From: Mobula hypostoma
Taxonomy: Eukaryota
Direction of reading: 5' to 3'
DNA length: 64,000 nt
Assembly: GCF_963921235.1 (NCBI RefSeq)
Contig: NC_086109.1
Location: forward strand, 23,252,001-23,316,000
A program made the translations under genes and the position numbers. Shown piece after piece: positions 27,098 through 39,925 of this stretch. Numbering within the stretch: the first letter of the stretch is position 1; the number at the start of each line of letters is the position of its first letter. The notes below the pieces were generated by a model that saw only the letters and a program-made list of their open reading frames with translations, did not search any database and was not told where the DNA came from.

Positions 27098-28339
27098 TAA
27101 CATTCTAATAATTTCTTTTTTCCTGAAAATGCCTGCAAGAAAATGAATCTCAAGGTAGTTTATGGTAAAACATACATTCTTCAATAATAAATTTACTTTG
27201 AATGCACATAGTTTTTTTCCCAGGGAAGGGGAACTAAAAACTAGAGAACAGAGGTTTAAGGTGAGAAGTGAAAGATTTAAAAGGGACATGCAGAGGGTGG
27301 TGTAAATAGGAATGAGATGCCAGAGGAAGTGGTTGGGCCAGGCACAAAAATAACATGTAAAAGACATTTGGAGAAGTGGCTGGATAGAAGAGGTTTGTAG
27401 GGATATGGGCCAAATGCCAACACATGGGACTTGCTTGGTGGGCACCATAGTCAGCATTGACAGAAAGGGCCTGTTTCCTTGCTCTGTTACTCTAACCATG
27501 CTTCAGAAAGGAAATCTTGGACTCAGAAAAAGTGTACAAATTTATAAAAATGTTACCAGGCCTCCATGGATTTAATTAGGGAGAGATAACATAAACTTGG
27601 CTTGTCTCTCCTTGAATGCAGGAGGTCAAGACAGGATTCAAGTAATTGTTTCAGATTAAAGGAACTGATTACAGTCAGAGTCAGAAAGTCTAATGTAATG
27701 GAAAAGACCATTCAGCCCAACTCATCCATGCTGACTGTGTTGGCCAGTTAGCTAGTTGTATCTTCCCTTGTATGGCCCACAGCCCCCGAAGTCTCTCATA
27801 TCTATACACTGGATGAATTTTAAACATTGCTAATGTGCCCACCTCAACCACTATCTCTGCACCTCATTTCAAATATGCATGAAGAAGCTGCCTTTTGTGT
27901 CCCCTTTAAATCTCTTACTTCTCACCCTAAGCCTAAGCCCCTTTGTTATCAGCACCTTCTACCTGTGGGGGAAAAAAAGACCATGCTTTCAACCTATCTA
28001 TGCCCCACATGATCATATGATGTTACCTTTCAATTTCCTACATTCCGGGGAATAAAGTCCTACTCTATATAATCTCTTCTTGTAAGTCAGGTGCCAAATC
28101 TAGGCATCACCCTGGTAAATCTTTTGTTCTCTGTTTCCAGTTTAAAAACATCTTTTCAGTAAAAGGGAGATACAAAACTTCTCGAGAGATCTCCCCAATT
28201 TCTTGTATAACTTCAATATAACTTCCCAACTCCTACACTCAGTTTCATAAACTTTTACTCTGTCTACAATACCAACTATTTTTGTATCACCATAAAAGTA
28301 CTAACACATTCCCTGTGACTTCTGCCATGTTCATGCCAT

Positions 28340-28885
28340 TCCACCAAGCACGTCTTTCCCTCCCACCCCCCCCCCCCAGCTTCCCACAGGGATTTCTCTC
28401 TACATGACTCCCTTGCTCACTTCTTCCTCCGAAATGATCTCTCTCTTTGGCACTTCTCATTGCAAGTGATACAAGTGCTACACCTGCCCCTACACCTCAT
28501 CCCTCACCACCATTCAGGGCCCCAAGAGTCCTTCCAGGTGAGGCGACTCTTCACCTGTGAGTGTGTCGGGGATCATGCGCTGTATCTGGTGCAACTGGTA
28601 CAGCCTCCTCTCTGTCAGCGAAACACAATGTGGGCTGGGGAGTCTGCTTCATTGAGCACCTTCGCTCCATCCAAGGAGTCTCTGTATGTCCTCCCTGTGG
28701 AATGCATGGGTTTTCCCAGGTGCTCCAGTTTCCTCCCACAGTTTAAAGACATACCAGGTAGGTTATTGGTCATTGTAAATCGTTCTGTGATTAGGCTAGG
28801 GTTAATCAGGATTGTGGGGTTACTGTGGCAGCGTGGCTCAGGGTGCCAGACGGGCACACTCCACTCTGTATTGCTAACTAAATAA
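28340..28885 (+). mobile_element. Penelope-like fragment (28340-28675) joined to a V-SINE 3' part (28676-28885)
   Basis: QGPQESFQVRRLFTCEC matches the element at 333-1535, followed by a V-domain and TAAA tail. Confidence 0.7.
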
Positions 28886-29139
28886 ATGACAGGGACATAG
28901 TTACTCATGAGCCAACATTTTAATATACCTGCAGAACCTCTTACAATGTTGCCTCACCTTGTCTTCTCATTGCAGCTTTTTTGTCCTCCTAACTTCTCTC
29001 TTAAATACACTCCTTCACTTCTGCAGCATATTGCCTCTTTTACTTAACCAGAACATCAATATTTCTCAATAGCTCTGCTTTCTGTGCGCACATGACTGGG
29101 CTAAGCACAACTCCAATTCCATCTTCAAATATGCCAATG

Positions 29140-30660
29140 ACACTCTTATTGTTGGACGAATGGCGGGTAGCAATGAGTCAGCTTCCTGGAGCAAGAGAGG
29201 TCAGTTAGTTAAATGGAGCCGCAAAAACATCCTCTCACTCAACATCAGCAGAACTAAAGAGGCTCTGGCAGAGTACTGCACACACAAAAAAAAGAGGTGA
29301 TTGTTGACTTCAAGAAAGAGAAGGAGAGTGAATATTTTGGGGAGCTGGTGGCAAGAGAGTCAGTAGCTTTAAATTAATGAGCATTAACATATTGGATGGC
29401 CTGTCCTGGGCCCAGTATATAGATGCAAACACAGACATCCCACCTCTCCCGGGAGTTCCGGGAGTCTCCCGCATATCAATAGCGGCTCCCTGATGCCCGC
29501 AAATTATATACAATATCCCGGAAATCGATTTTTTAGAGAGGGAGAGGGAAAAAAAAGTAAGAAAGAAAATGAATGAATCCTGCTTGATCTCTCTTTGTGC
29601 TAAGTAGACTATCAGTTGTAGACAGGCTTTACAGTCAACCTCTCTCTCTCTTCCATAGTCCATCAGTTCAGTTACTGCCGTCTGTAATGATGCTGAAATG
29701 ATCCGGCACCTGTTGGTGATGAAGTACAAAAGCCTGGTGAAGAAATTCCCAAGGCTGGCGGTGACAACCTGACTACACAAGGCTGTCCTATATGGGCGGG
29801 GTGCGTTGGCGTCTTAAAGGGGATTAGAGTGGGGTTTAAATTGGAGTGAAATTCCAAAATTGTCTGCTAAGACATCTTTAAAAATGCGCTCGCAGCAAGC
29901 AAATTCTTCGGGTTTTTCTTTCCTGAAACACTTCCACTCACAGGTACATCGATGCCCACGATGGGCTGGGTTTAAGCGCAGCCGTTTTCAGAAGAAAAAA
30001 CGATTTTAATAATTACCCGGCCCCCACCGAGGTCTCGTCATTAGAACAGTGAACTGTTTACCTGTGCTGCACACTTTACATAAAGAAAATGTGTCAGCAT
30101 CTTTACTTTTTTAAGAGGTCATGGAGGTTTGACTTGTCATTCGACACAAACAAGCCTGTTCAGATGTACTGTTGAAAGTATCCTGACTGATTGCATTATG
30201 GTTTGGTATGGTAATTCAAATGCACAGGAACACAAGGAGCTGCAGAGAATAGTGAGGCCTGCCCACTATATCATGGCCACATCTCTCACCAGTGGTAGTA
30301 TCTAAAGGAGCACTGCTTCAAGAAGGCTACATCCATCACTAAAGATCTCGCCGTTTTCGCACAGCTGCCATTGGATAAGAAGTAACAGAAGTCTGAAGTC
30401 TCACAGCACCAGGTTCAAGAACAGCTACTTCCCTTCAACCATTTGGTTCTTGAACTAATCAGGGAAAAAACAAATCACTGGAGTTTAGCAACACTAAGAC
30501 CACTTTACTCCAAAACGGATTTTTTTTGTTTTGTGTTTTCTTGTAAAAAACATACATAATTGATGTTTTCCTTGTGAATACCGCTTCTATGAAGCTAGGA
30601 ACCTGTGAAGCTGCAGCAAGTATACTTTCTATCGCATCTATGCATGTGTACTTCTGCATA
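29140..30660 (+). mobile_element. Rex1-like LINE fragment split by an insertion at about 29432-30078
   Basis: CTGTCCTGGGCCCAGTATATAGATGCAAACA ... resumes as TAAAGAAAATGTGTCAGCATCTTTACT, then runs to the DP..LP..KNSYFP-type terminus. Confidence 0.65.
29432..30078. mobile_element. CpG-rich insertion, probably one end of a DNA transposon
   Basis: Interrupts Rex1 sequence. Starts CAGACATCCCACCTCTCCCGGGAGTTCCGGGAGTCTCCCG with subterminal CCCG/CGGG repeats. No matching right TIR found. Confidence 0.45.
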
Positions 30661-30769
30661 TGAGAGTGAGCAGAGCTCCTGAAACCTGCCAGACTTGCCC
30701 TGCACCCTGACAGGAGTATCCAGGCTCTCAATTCTTGAGGCTTTTAAAAGCCTCTCACTTGGCAGACCC

Positions 30770-31715
30770 TCCTTCCCGTGCTAACAATCTCACCCAAGCA
30801 ATGTCTGCAAGATCCTGCCTAATGGCTCCAAAACTTGCTCTGACCCAGTTCAGGACCTAACCTGTGAACTGGTTGTACCCCTCTCCATAACTATTTTAAA
30901 ACTTACAGCATTACGGTCATTGGATCCAAAGTGCTCACCGGCGGATACTTCTGCCACTTGCCCTACTTCATTCCCTAGGAAGCGGTCAAGTGCTCCATTC
31001 TCACTTTCTTGGACACACTTCACAAATTGTACTCTGTCCAAGCCTCTTACACTATGATTGTCTCAAGAAAGTTAAGTTATGGAAGTTAAAATCTCCCATT
31101 AGTAATACTTTTTGTATTTATAACAAGCTGCAATCCCCCACATGTCTGTTCCTCCAATTCCCACTGTCCGCGACCTCCTCAACTGCCATGATGAGGCTAT
31201 TCTCAAGTTGGAGGAGCAACGAGTCATATTCCATCTGAGTAGCCTCCTACCAGATGACACAAACAGCGATTTCTCTAACTACTGGTAATTTCTACCCCCT
31301 CCCCCTTTATCTATTCTGGTTCCCCTGTCGCCCCTTCTCTTCCTTTCACCTGCCCATTGCCCTACTCTGGCGCCCTTCCTCCTTCCCCTTCTTTCATGAT
31401 CCACTGTCCTCTCCCATTAAATTCCTTCTTCTTTAGCCCCTTATCGCTTCCATAGATCACTTCCCAGTTTCGTACTTTTCGTACTTCATCCCCTTACCCT
31501 GGCCCACCCACCTTCGCCCTCACTTTGTTTCACCTATTACCTGTCAGCCATTCCCACCCCACACCCACCTTGTTCTGGCTTCTTCCTCCTTCGTTTCCAG
31601 TCCTGATGAAGGGCCTCAGTCCAATGCATTGGCTATTTATTCCTCTCCATAGATGCTGTCTGACTCTTTATGTATGTTCCAGCATCTGCAAAATCTCATA
31701 TATTTATGACTGCTG
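30770..31715. mobile_element. CR1 fragment (minus, about 30770-31140) and Penelope-like 3' fragment (plus, about 31165-31715)
   Basis: ORF 30850..31041 CVQES...LGNE.GQV.EVS.GEHFGSNDRN resembles the end of a CR1 APE domain. The second part has LEEQRVIFHL and a decayed hammerhead motif at about 31600. Confidence 0.6.
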
Positions 31716-31776
31716 GGGTCCTATAGTACAATTCTATCAAATTGACTGTTCCTTTCTTGTTTCTAAGTTCTGCCCA

Positions 31777-32298
31777 ACACTTTCAGTGTGCTGGATGAAC
31801 TCAGCAGGTCGGGCAGCATCAGTTAGAAACGATGAGTCGACGTGTCGAGCCGGAACCCTTCGTCAGGACTGAAGAATGAAAGATGGGGAAGGATTTGAAG
31901 AATGCTTGTAGCTTCAGTTGAAAGACCAGTAATTTGAAAGACAAAGGGGTGGGAGAGGGGAAGCATTGACGTCATAGCCCTGAAAACAATGGGTGGTAGA
32001 AGGAGGAGGCAGAACCATGAGGGAGCTGGGGGAGGGGGTAGAGTGAAATAGGGATGGGGGAAGGGAGGGGGAGGGAATTACCAGAAGTTGGAGAATTCTA
32101 TGTTCATACTAAGGGGCTGGAGACTACCTAGACGGTATATGAGGTGTTGCACCTCCAACCTGAGTTTAGCCTCATCATGGCAGTAGAGGAGGCCGTCGTC
32201 GACTCATCGTTTCTAACTGATGCTGCCTGACCTGCTGAGTTCATCCAGCACACTGAAAATGTTGCTTTGATCACAGCATCTGCAGATTATTTTGTGTC
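31777..32298. mobile_element. Penelope-like fold-back insertion with inverted pseudo-LTR arms and a 12-bp TSD
   Basis: Inverted arms at about 31775-31841 and 32197-32264. TSD AAGTTCTGCCCA at 31765-31776 and 32299-32310. Confidence 0.85.
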
Positions 32299-32849
32299 AA
32301 GTTCTGCCCATTTGGCTTCCCTGGATGGTTCCCCAGGAATACCCTCTTTTGGCCATTGTGAGGCCCTTTTTTCATTAAGAAGGCAACTCCTCTGTCTCTC
32401 CAACCTGTAGCAACTGTATCCTATTACACTGAGCTGCTAGCACTGTTTGCCGGCGAGTTGGTCTAAGACAAAGAGTTATAACTTTAGAACTAGAACGATG
32501 TAATTCGGGTGAGCACTTAGGAAATCCTCCTTCATGCAATGGGTTTTAGAAATGTTGGATCTTCCAAACAAAACACAAACTCTAGTTATTAGATCAATTA
32601 ATTTTAAAGCTAAGAAAATGTGATGAATATAGATAAAACATGGACCATCCTGACCATAATGAATGATGTCCCCTTGTTTCTACCACCAAACATGGGAAAT
32701 TGAGAAGAGTTGCAGCAGCTCCACCTGGTGATAAGAGGCTTGTAGTTGTAGCAGGGCAGACAGAATTTGCATAAGGCTTTTAATCAAATACTGTTGGCAT
32801 TCAAAGCATTATTCAAAACTTATGATACAAGTAGTAAAATTGCTATGTG

Positions 32850-35350
32850 TAAGCTCGTGCATGTAAGCAAAAAAACTAAATTGCTGGAAGGATTTCAGCA
32901 GGAAAAGGAATGGTGGTTGTTCCAGCATAAGAACAGAGAGTCTGGAAGGAAGAAAACAAATGTCAAAAGTTGAGATGGAGGTTGGGACAGGAATCCATAA
33001 AAAGGGGGGTTGATGGGCAGATGGAATGGGACCTTGTGGGAAGGATGCTGATGAGAGGGGAGGGGTGGAAAACGTGAACAAAGGAAGAGAGACCCAGGGT
33101 AGACTGGTGAGAGTGGGAAAAGAACACAGGGGTATGGGTTACAAAAAATTGGACACTTCAGTGTTCATATCATTGGGCTATCCAATGCTAGCAAAGCAGA
33201 ATATGAAATGTTGTTTGTAAGGTTCAAGTTTATTGTCATCTGACTGTACATACATACAACCAAATGCAACAATGTTTCTCTGGACCACAGTGCACCCACA
33301 AAACATATATCATGCACAGCACATGAACCAAAATATTACCATAAATAAATTAATAAAATGTAATTCAAAAGGCATGTCGTGAGCAGAACAGGTAAACAGT
33401 AAGCAGATCGCTGTCCTAGTGACGAGACCTCAGCGGAGGCAGGGTATTAGCCTGAGGGAAGAAGCTGTCACCTAGTCTGGCAGCCCTGATGCTCTGTACC
33501 TCCTCCCTGACAGTAGTGTGTCAGAGAGATTGTGGGATGGTGGTAGGGATTCTCAACAATGTTTTGGGCCCCTTGTCTGCAACATTCCTGGTAAATGTTA
33601 CAAAAAGCAGGGAGGGAGACCCTGGTGATCCTCTCGGTGGTTCTTACTATCCTCCGTAAGGTCTTGCCTTGCAGCTTCCCTACCACACAATGATGCAGCC
33701 GGACAGGATATTCTTGATGGTGCTCTACTTTGCATTTGACCTCACTATGGCAGTAGAGAAGGATGGACAAGTCAGTGTGGGAATGGAAAGGCAGTTGAAG
33801 TAGGGTTGCCAACGGTCCTGTATTAGCCGGGACATCCCTTATATTGGGCTAAATTGGTTTCTCCCATATGGGACCGCCCATGCCCCGTATTTCCCCCGCT
33901 AAGGTAGAGCGTTCCTATGAAACTGTTTGTAAGCCGAAATGGCGTAAAGCGATGAAGCAATTACCATTAATTTATATGGGAAAAATTTCTGAGCGTTCCC
34001 AGACCCAAAAAATAACCTACCAAATCATACCAGATAACACATAAATCTTAAAATATAGTAAAAGCAGGAATGATATGATAAATACACAGCCTATATAAAG
34101 TAGAAACAATGTATGTACAGTCTAGTTTCACTTAACAGAATCGGAAAGGTTAAGCCAAAACCAATTTGTAGAAAAAAATCGGCATGTCACACATGTCCAC
34201 ACAGGTGCCTGCACAAGGCTTCATGGTCATGGTAGTCTTTCTCGGGGTAAACACAAGTGTCCCATATTTGACTGCTACTTTTGTCCCTTATTTGGAAGTG
34301 AGAAAGTTGGCAACCCTAAGTTGAAGTGATATGCAAATAGAAGTTCAAGATTGTCATTGCAGATAAAGCACGGGTGCTCTGCAAAATATTCACCTATTCT
34401 ACACTTGGTCTTGCCAACGTAGGGAAGGCCATATTATGAGCAGCCAGTGCAACAGAACAGATTGGAGGAGGCACACGTTGATCTCTGCCTTACCCGTAAA
34501 AGCTGTTTAGGTCTTTGAATGGTGGAAAGCAGAGAGTTGTAGGGACAAGTGTTGCACCTCCCCCAGCTTCAGGGGAAGTATTGGGGGGTGGGGAGGGAAG
34601 GAGAGGACAGGAAGGAATGAACGTGCCCGAGAGTCACTGAGAGCGTGGTTGCTGCGGAAAGCAGAAAGTGGGAGAAGAGGGGAAGATGTGGCTGGTGGTG
34701 CGGTTCTGTTGGAGGGAAAGGTGAGGACCAAAGGAAACACTATCTCTGTTTTGTTTGGGCGGGATGAGAGCAGGCATCGGAGAAATGGAGAAAATGCGAG
34801 TGAAGGTTCCATGAACTACAGAAGAAGGAAAGTCATGTTTTCTGAGGAGGAGGACTTTTCAGAAGTTAGAGAATGGAAAGACTCATCTTGAAAACGTGCA
34901 CCGGAAATGGAGAAACTGGAGAAAAATAATGGTATCCTTACAGGAGGCAGGACTGGGAGGAGATGTAGTTGAGGTAGCTATGGGAATCCAAGGGTTAAAA
35001 GTAGGTGTTGGTGTTAGTTTTTCTTCTGAAATGGAGACAGAGATCCAGAAAAGGAAGAAAAATATCAGAAATAGTCCAGCTGAATTTGACTATTTAGGCA
35101 AAGTCGAGTTATCGAAAAAGATTATAAAATTAATGAGTACTGCTCAAAAGGAGGAAGTAATGCAATGCAATCATCAATGTAGTGGTGAAAGAGATGGGAA
35201 AGGGTGGTAGAGAGTATACTGTAGCTTTGGAACAAGGACTGTTCCACTCAGCCAATAAAAGGACAGGTGCATCTTGGGCCCGAGTGAGTGGCCATGGTAT
35301 ATCTTTGATAAATAGAAAGTCAGAAGAATTGAAAGAAGTTGTTGAGAGTG
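32850..35350 (-). mobile_element. Decayed Penelope-like element interrupted by a Rex1 fragment (about 33222-33730) and a hAT MITE
   Basis: Reverse-strand remnants of the 3' end, GIY-YIG region, PLVLTF motif (ORF 34507..34812) and RT region are collinear with the element at 333-1535. Confidence 0.6.
33801..34318. mobile_element. 518-bp non-autonomous hAT element (Blackjack-like termini)
   Basis: Perfect 13-bp TIR TAGGGTTGCCAAC / GTTGGCAACCCTA. Perfect 8-bp TSD AGTTGAAG at 33793-33800 and 34319-34326. Confidence 0.92.
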
Positions 35351-35498
35351 TATGAATGTACATTTAAGTATTGTTTATACAACCCCTATCTCCTGATACT
35401 TACTACAGTGTTCAATAATGGTCACTGTCATCTCCTTTCAAAATCTTTCTGGTGTCAAACCCCACTGGTTTGCCTTTGCTTGATACTATTCCTACCTT

Positions 35499-36353
35499 TT
35501 CAAATGTAGTTCCCATACTAGGCCGTAATGTAGACAGTCAGCACACCTTCCACCACACATCTGTCGAAGCTTGCCAAGGTTTTTGATGACATGCCAAATC
35601 TCTGCTCCTGAGGAAGTAGAGACGCTGTTATGCTTTCTTTGCAATTATATTTATATGATGTGTCCAGGATGGGTCCTCTGAGTTAGTGACACCCAGGAAT
35701 TTAAAGTTACTGACCCTTTCCACCTCCGATCCTCCCATGATTACCAGCTCATTGACCTCTGGTTTCCCTCTCTTCAAGTCTACAATCAGTTCCTTGATCT
35801 TAATGACATTGAGTGAGTGGTTGTTGTTATTGCACCACTCAACCAAGTTTTTAATCTCCCTCTTGCGGAAAATCCTACAAAAGGTAGTGGATTCAATCCA
35901 GTACATCACAGGTAATCATTGAGCATATCTACATGAAATATTGTTGTAAAAAAGCAGCATCCATCATCAAAGATCCTCACCACCCAGGCCATGCTCTTTT
36001 CTCGCTGCTGCCATCAGGTAGAAGGTACAGGTGCCTTAGGACTCACACCTCCAGATTCAGGAACAGTTACTACCCCTCATCCATCAGGCTCTTGAACAAA
36101 AGGGGACAACTACACTGATTCTATTTCTGGTGTTCCCCTCAACCGATGTTCTCTCACTTCAAGCACTTATTTTTTCATACTCGTTATTTATTGCTATTTA
36201 TTTATATTTGCATTTGCACAGTTGTTATTTATTGATCCTGTTTACAGTAGCTGATCTATAGATTTGCTGAGTATGGCTGCAGGAAATAGTATCTCAGGGT
36301 TGTATGTGGTGACATGTATGCGCTCTGATAATAACTTTTACCTTGAACTTTGA
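35499..36353. mobile_element. Rex1-like LINE with inverted 5' segment
   Basis: 35499-35862 is minus strand (ORF 35628..35909 REIKNLVEWC...FKFLGV). 35863-36353 is plus strand (RKILQKVVD...DPHHPGHALFSLLPSGRRYR...RLLN, then 3' UTR). Confidence 0.8.
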
Positions 36354-36644
36354 TTTAGTTAGAAACTCTCCAGCAATTGTTTCTCTTCTAATCATCTTCA
36401 CAATTTTCCCTCTCCAGAAAGTTATTCTGATATTCCTTGACCTTATTTTCATTACATTGCCAACAAAGCTTTCTGCACACCAGAAGTCACATGTTTTCTG
36501 ATAACAGACTGATCTGCCTCCCACCTGCATTTCAACCTCTTGACCATGTTCATGGTGTCAATTTGCATGTCTGACCTGTATTATTGGAATGATCTGAACT
36601 TCTTTGAGGTCAAAAAGTTCATTGCATTCAGACCCATTGTCAAA

Positions 36645-37215
36645 AATCAAAGTTTAATGTTCAAAGTACATTTATTATCAAAGTATGTATACATATTCAA
36701 CCTTGAGATTCGTCTCCTTACAGGCACCTACAAATCAACGAAACCTCAAAAGAACCCATTAAAGAAAAGACTGTCAAACACCCAGTGTGCAAAGAAAGAA
36801 AAGAAACAAATCGTCAAACACTAAAGGTAGGCAAATAGCTTCAGCACTGAAGTTTTACAAAAGACACAAGGCTAGGCATCACTGCAGCCAGAGGAGCCCA
36901 CAGCCTCAGTTCATTGCGTAGTTGAATAAGCATCGTGGGACCACAGCAATAAAGCCAGGCATCATTGCAGGCAGAGCAGGGAACAGCCTCAGTTCGAACC
37001 AGAGCCGAGTAAATACTGTGGAGTAGCGAGCAGAACCAGCCAGAGCTGGATCTCATCTCGCACCCCCCACCCGGTCCCAACACCCTGACCTTTTCAATCT
37101 GGCCCAGTGCTTAAATTGTACAAACATCAAGTAGTTCCTCACTCTCGGACCGCTCTGGGGCCTGTACCCAGTGTTTGCAATTCAGCCCGTCTCTTAAACG
37201 CACTTAGATGTGGTT
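36645..37215 (-). repeat. Unclassified interspersed repeat with a Rex1-like tail
   Basis: Begins with the reverse complement of the ...CTTTGATAATAAATGTACTTTGAAC tail shared with Rex1 copies. The body is GC-richer and non-coding. Confidence 0.4.
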
Positions 37216-39280
37216 GGATGGTAGGTGAAAACAGAATTGTTCTTGACCGTTGAACCTCCCTTCTTTGAAAGCCTTCTGGTAGTACCATCCATAATAATGC
37301 ATGAAGAATATATATGAGACAGTAGCAGACAACTATTATCCGGAAAACTACATCACTGCAGGAAGAGGTACCTCCATGCAGGAATAAAAAAAGAGAAAAT
37401 TGAAATGACAAATCCATTAAAGAAAGAGGAAATTGAAATAACAAAAAATGCAGCTTAAAGCCTCTTACACGACAACTAGATTTGAGACATTGAACTGATA
37501 TCTTTATTCTAGCATGTAAAACATGTTAATTCCTCCTTCCTCTATAACCCTCGCCATCTTTTGTGTGCCATACTAGTACACGAGTACTTCAAACTGTGAC
37601 ACTGCTGTTCTATAATCCAGCATCAAAGGTTATGAGAGAGCTGCTGTGGTTTGCTTCCTCCTTGACTCTCACTCATCCTTTCACATAAAACTCTGCAAGA
37701 TCTCCTACTGGGCTGCACTTCATCCCCAGTACTGGGGCCGCCAAAGTGAGGAAATCACTGGCATGAACTGGGGATTTACGATTCCATTCCACCGAGTGCG
37801 TCCCAGTGCCACAAGTCAGCACTGGAAAAGGCCATTGCAAAGGAGTGTACAACAGATGCAAATTTCAGCTGTTCCCTTACAGGAAACAGATGTGAATTCT
37901 GAAAGCCTGAATGGGAAATCCAAGCTGAATTACTCCAATAGGTTTTCCTTAAATCACAGAAATTTTTTGAGTTGAAAAAAGATTCCACTGGCATTGGAGA
38001 GTGAAAGGGAGAAGGAGATTATTCGTATTTATTGATATGTCATAACATAAACTGAAACAAACTAATTAACCCAGATCTGATAATTATGAGACAGCTTACT
38101 CAACAGAGATTTTAATTTGGTTCCATTGTCCATTTATTTGTGTCAGTGGCACCCTTGTTTTAAAGGCTGTGGGCATTGATTACCCCATGGGTTCCCTGTC
38201 AGTACTATCAGAAAGAAAATCTTCCCAAATACAACCCAAACTTGGCAATATAGTACTTATTTATTAAAACAGCATGATGTTTTGCCTATCCATCAGCCCT
38301 CCACATAACATCTTTACTGTCCATTTCTGCTGTTGAAGTGCTTCACCCAGGTAGCAGTTTCACAAATTATAGAATCAAGAACACTTTATAAACATGGAAA
38401 AGTCCGCAGATTCTGAAAATCCAAAGTAACACACACAGCAGGTCAGGCAGCATCAATAGAAATGAATAAGCAGTTGACGTTTCAGGCCGAGATCCTTCAA
38501 GTACACTTTTGTCCTCATTATTTTGCACTGGCGTTACATTATCTGCAGAAAGATCTTTGTCTGATTTTCTTTTTCTCAGTAATGAATCCCTCTCACCTAA
38601 CTATCTTCAATTGGATCACTCAGCGTTGATGGCAGAGAGCTGACTCTGCAGACTGTGTTACTCAGTTACTCATTAAATGGACAGAACTGCCAATACTAAT
38701 CACTCCACTGTTTACTGTACTTTCTAATAATTGCAATTTTTTGGTGCACAGTAACAGACAGTACATCTGCTTTTACATTTTTTAATACTGGTAATGTCAT
38801 ATATCTAAACTGGTTCCTAACATTCAAACAGCTTAATCCCAGTGTTTTATCCTGGCAGCAGATTAATAGACCCAGTTTACCAGGTCAATCCTTCATCCAG
38901 GATAAAGGAGCTCAATTTATTAGTGGTATAACTGTTCGACCCATGAAAAAAATCAAAACAAAATACAGAACATTTATATAAAATTAGATTCCAAATTATA
39001 GTTTAGTTAAGGACATTAACTTTGAATTAGGCAGAGTACTCTTGACCAAGTCGGAATATTTTCCTGAGAAATGAATCTGTAATCCATGTAGACACTTGTT
39101 TTACTTATGAACAGTTACACTGTTAGAGGGGCTATCTTCTGGATAAGATGTTGAATTAAGTATTTCTTGCCTTTGCCAGATGGATGAAAAGAAACCACAT
39201 CCAATTAAGAGTAACAGGGAAGTCTCCACAGCAGATCAGTGGGCAACATGGTGGCACAGCAGTTGGTGTTGCTGCTTCAT

Positions 39281-39925
39281 GGGTACACGTCCACAGATCC
39301 CTGAAAGTTGCCTCACAGGTGGATAGGGTAGTTAAGAAAGCTTATGGGTCTTCATAAGTCGAGGGATAGAGTTTAAGAGTTGCGATGTAATGTTGCAGCT
39401 CTATAAAACTCTGGTTAGGCCACACTTGGAGTACTGTGTCCAGTTCTGGTCACCTCACTATAGGAAGGATGTGGAAGCATTGGAAAGGGTACAGAGGAGA
39501 TTTACCAGGATGCTGCCTGGTTTAGAGAGTATGCATTATGATCAGAGATTAAGGGAGCTAGGGCTTTACTCTTTGGAGAGAAGGAGGATGAGAGGAGACA
39601 TAATAGAGGTGTACAAGATAATGAGGGGAATAGATAGAGTGGATAGCCAGCGCCTCTTCCCCAGGGGACATGGCTTTAAGATAAGGGGTGGGAAGTTCAA
39701 GGGGGATATTAGAGGAAGGTTTTTTACTCAGAGAGTAGTTGGTGTGTGGAATGCACTGCCTGAGTCAGTGGTGGAGGCAGATACACTCGTGAAGTTTAAG
39801 AGACTACTAGACAGGTATATGGAGGAATTTAAGGTGGGTGGTTATATGGGAGGCAGGGTTTGAGGGTTGGCACAACATTGTGGGCCAAAGGGCCTGTACT
39901 GTGCTGTGCTATTCTATGTTCTATG
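39281..39925 (+). mobile_element. CR1 3' fragment inserted into a SINE head (39240-39280 and 39926-39990)
   Basis: ORF 39390..39863 is nearly identical to the end of ORF 47596..49329 but lacks APLLNTR (21-nt deletion). Ends in (TTCTATG)n. Confidence 0.9.
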
